In this document: positions 63,278-64,000 of the stretch, in pieces
Numbering within the stretch: the stretch's first letter is position 1
Layout of the letters: each line of letters starts with the position of its first letter
From: Klebsormidium nitens
Lineage: Eukaryota > Plantae > Klebsormidiophyceae
DNA: 64,000 nucleotides
Assembly: GCA_000708835.1 (NCBI GenBank)
Contig: DF237202.1
Location: 1-64,000 of the forward strand
Reading direction: 5' to 3'
Program-made: the position numbers and the translations under genes
The notes under the pieces: generated by a model
Databases searched by the model: none
What the model was told of the DNA's origin: nothing
The model's input: only the letters and a program-made list of their open reading frames with translations

Positions 63278-64000
63278 CTGCAAAATATTGTGGATGGGCG
63301 TAAACGGAGGAAGAAATGTTCTCAAAATGCGTTTGTGGAGTCAGCGTCAGTTGAGTGTGGATCTTTGCAGAAAGTGCGCACAGAGAAAATGTGATGCTTT
63401 TGGCCCTCTTGATTGCGAGAACAAGCTAGCTGGAATTGCTTTGCTGTAAGGCAGCTGGCGGCAGCAGCCTAGCAATCAGTCCGGAACTTTGATATTGTCA
63501 GCTGCTACTATGGCATCGATTCTGAAATCTGACTCACTGCTAGGCGCATCAGCCCCTACAGAATCATGCTTCAGGTCCAGATTGGAACATGTTTACGAAA
63601 CCTGCTTCCAGACACCAAACCACTGAAAATCTCATTGACAAAAAACTCCTGACTGCCCAGAAATTACCCACAGCTTTCTGAAACTACTCAACCAGATCTG
63701 ACTCTCAACAAAGTTGAGAAGCCTCAACCCACCCATGAGCTCGCACACCCTCTTGGAATACAAGCTTTGGGTTCATGGATAATTCAGCATAATAGAATTC
63801 TGTGGCTACCAAAATAACCTTTTCATTGGTGGGCAATCAGCTGGGGCCTCAAATCACATTTCGTGCGACAGTCTGATGCAGGCATCGGGGGGAGCAAGCA
63901 AAGAATGTCAAGCTTACCATATGGCACCCATTTATTGGAGTCTTATCCAAATCAACAACAGGATTCAGAAGCTTGGTTGTCAAACAGGTTCGACTTACCT

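Overview
This is eukaryotic nuclear DNA with many GT-AG introns and GC3-rich exons. The plant-type gene set and intron style suggest a Klebsormidium-like streptophyte alga, but that assignment is inference. I spliced seven protein-coding genes by hand: urease accessory protein UreD (-, truncated at the left edge), a bacterial/plastid-type bestrophin channel (-), the urea-proton symporter DUR3 (+, 19 exons), a large secreted Ser/Pro-rich cell-wall glycoprotein with beta-helix-like GGA repeats and a C-terminal root-cap-type domain (+), an FBXO31/At5g39450-like F-box protein (-), a secreted amidase-signature enzyme with a Cys-rich N-terminal module (-), and a bacterial-type heme-oxygenase-like diiron enzyme (-, truncated at the right edge). 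The most unusual signal is that five of the seven genes carry tandem, decaying copies of their own exon edges, mostly splice site plus 40-90 nt of exon, at 95-190 bp periods and mostly inside introns. Many copies keep intact splice sites, and in one case they differ from the live exon only at synonymous positions. Other points of interest are a possible nitrogen-scavenging gene neighbourhood, a frameshift at the DUR3 start, a 5-nt microexon, a MITE-like element, and GTAC-dense intergenic tracts. All calls come from reading the sequence and from recalled family motifs; no database searches were run.
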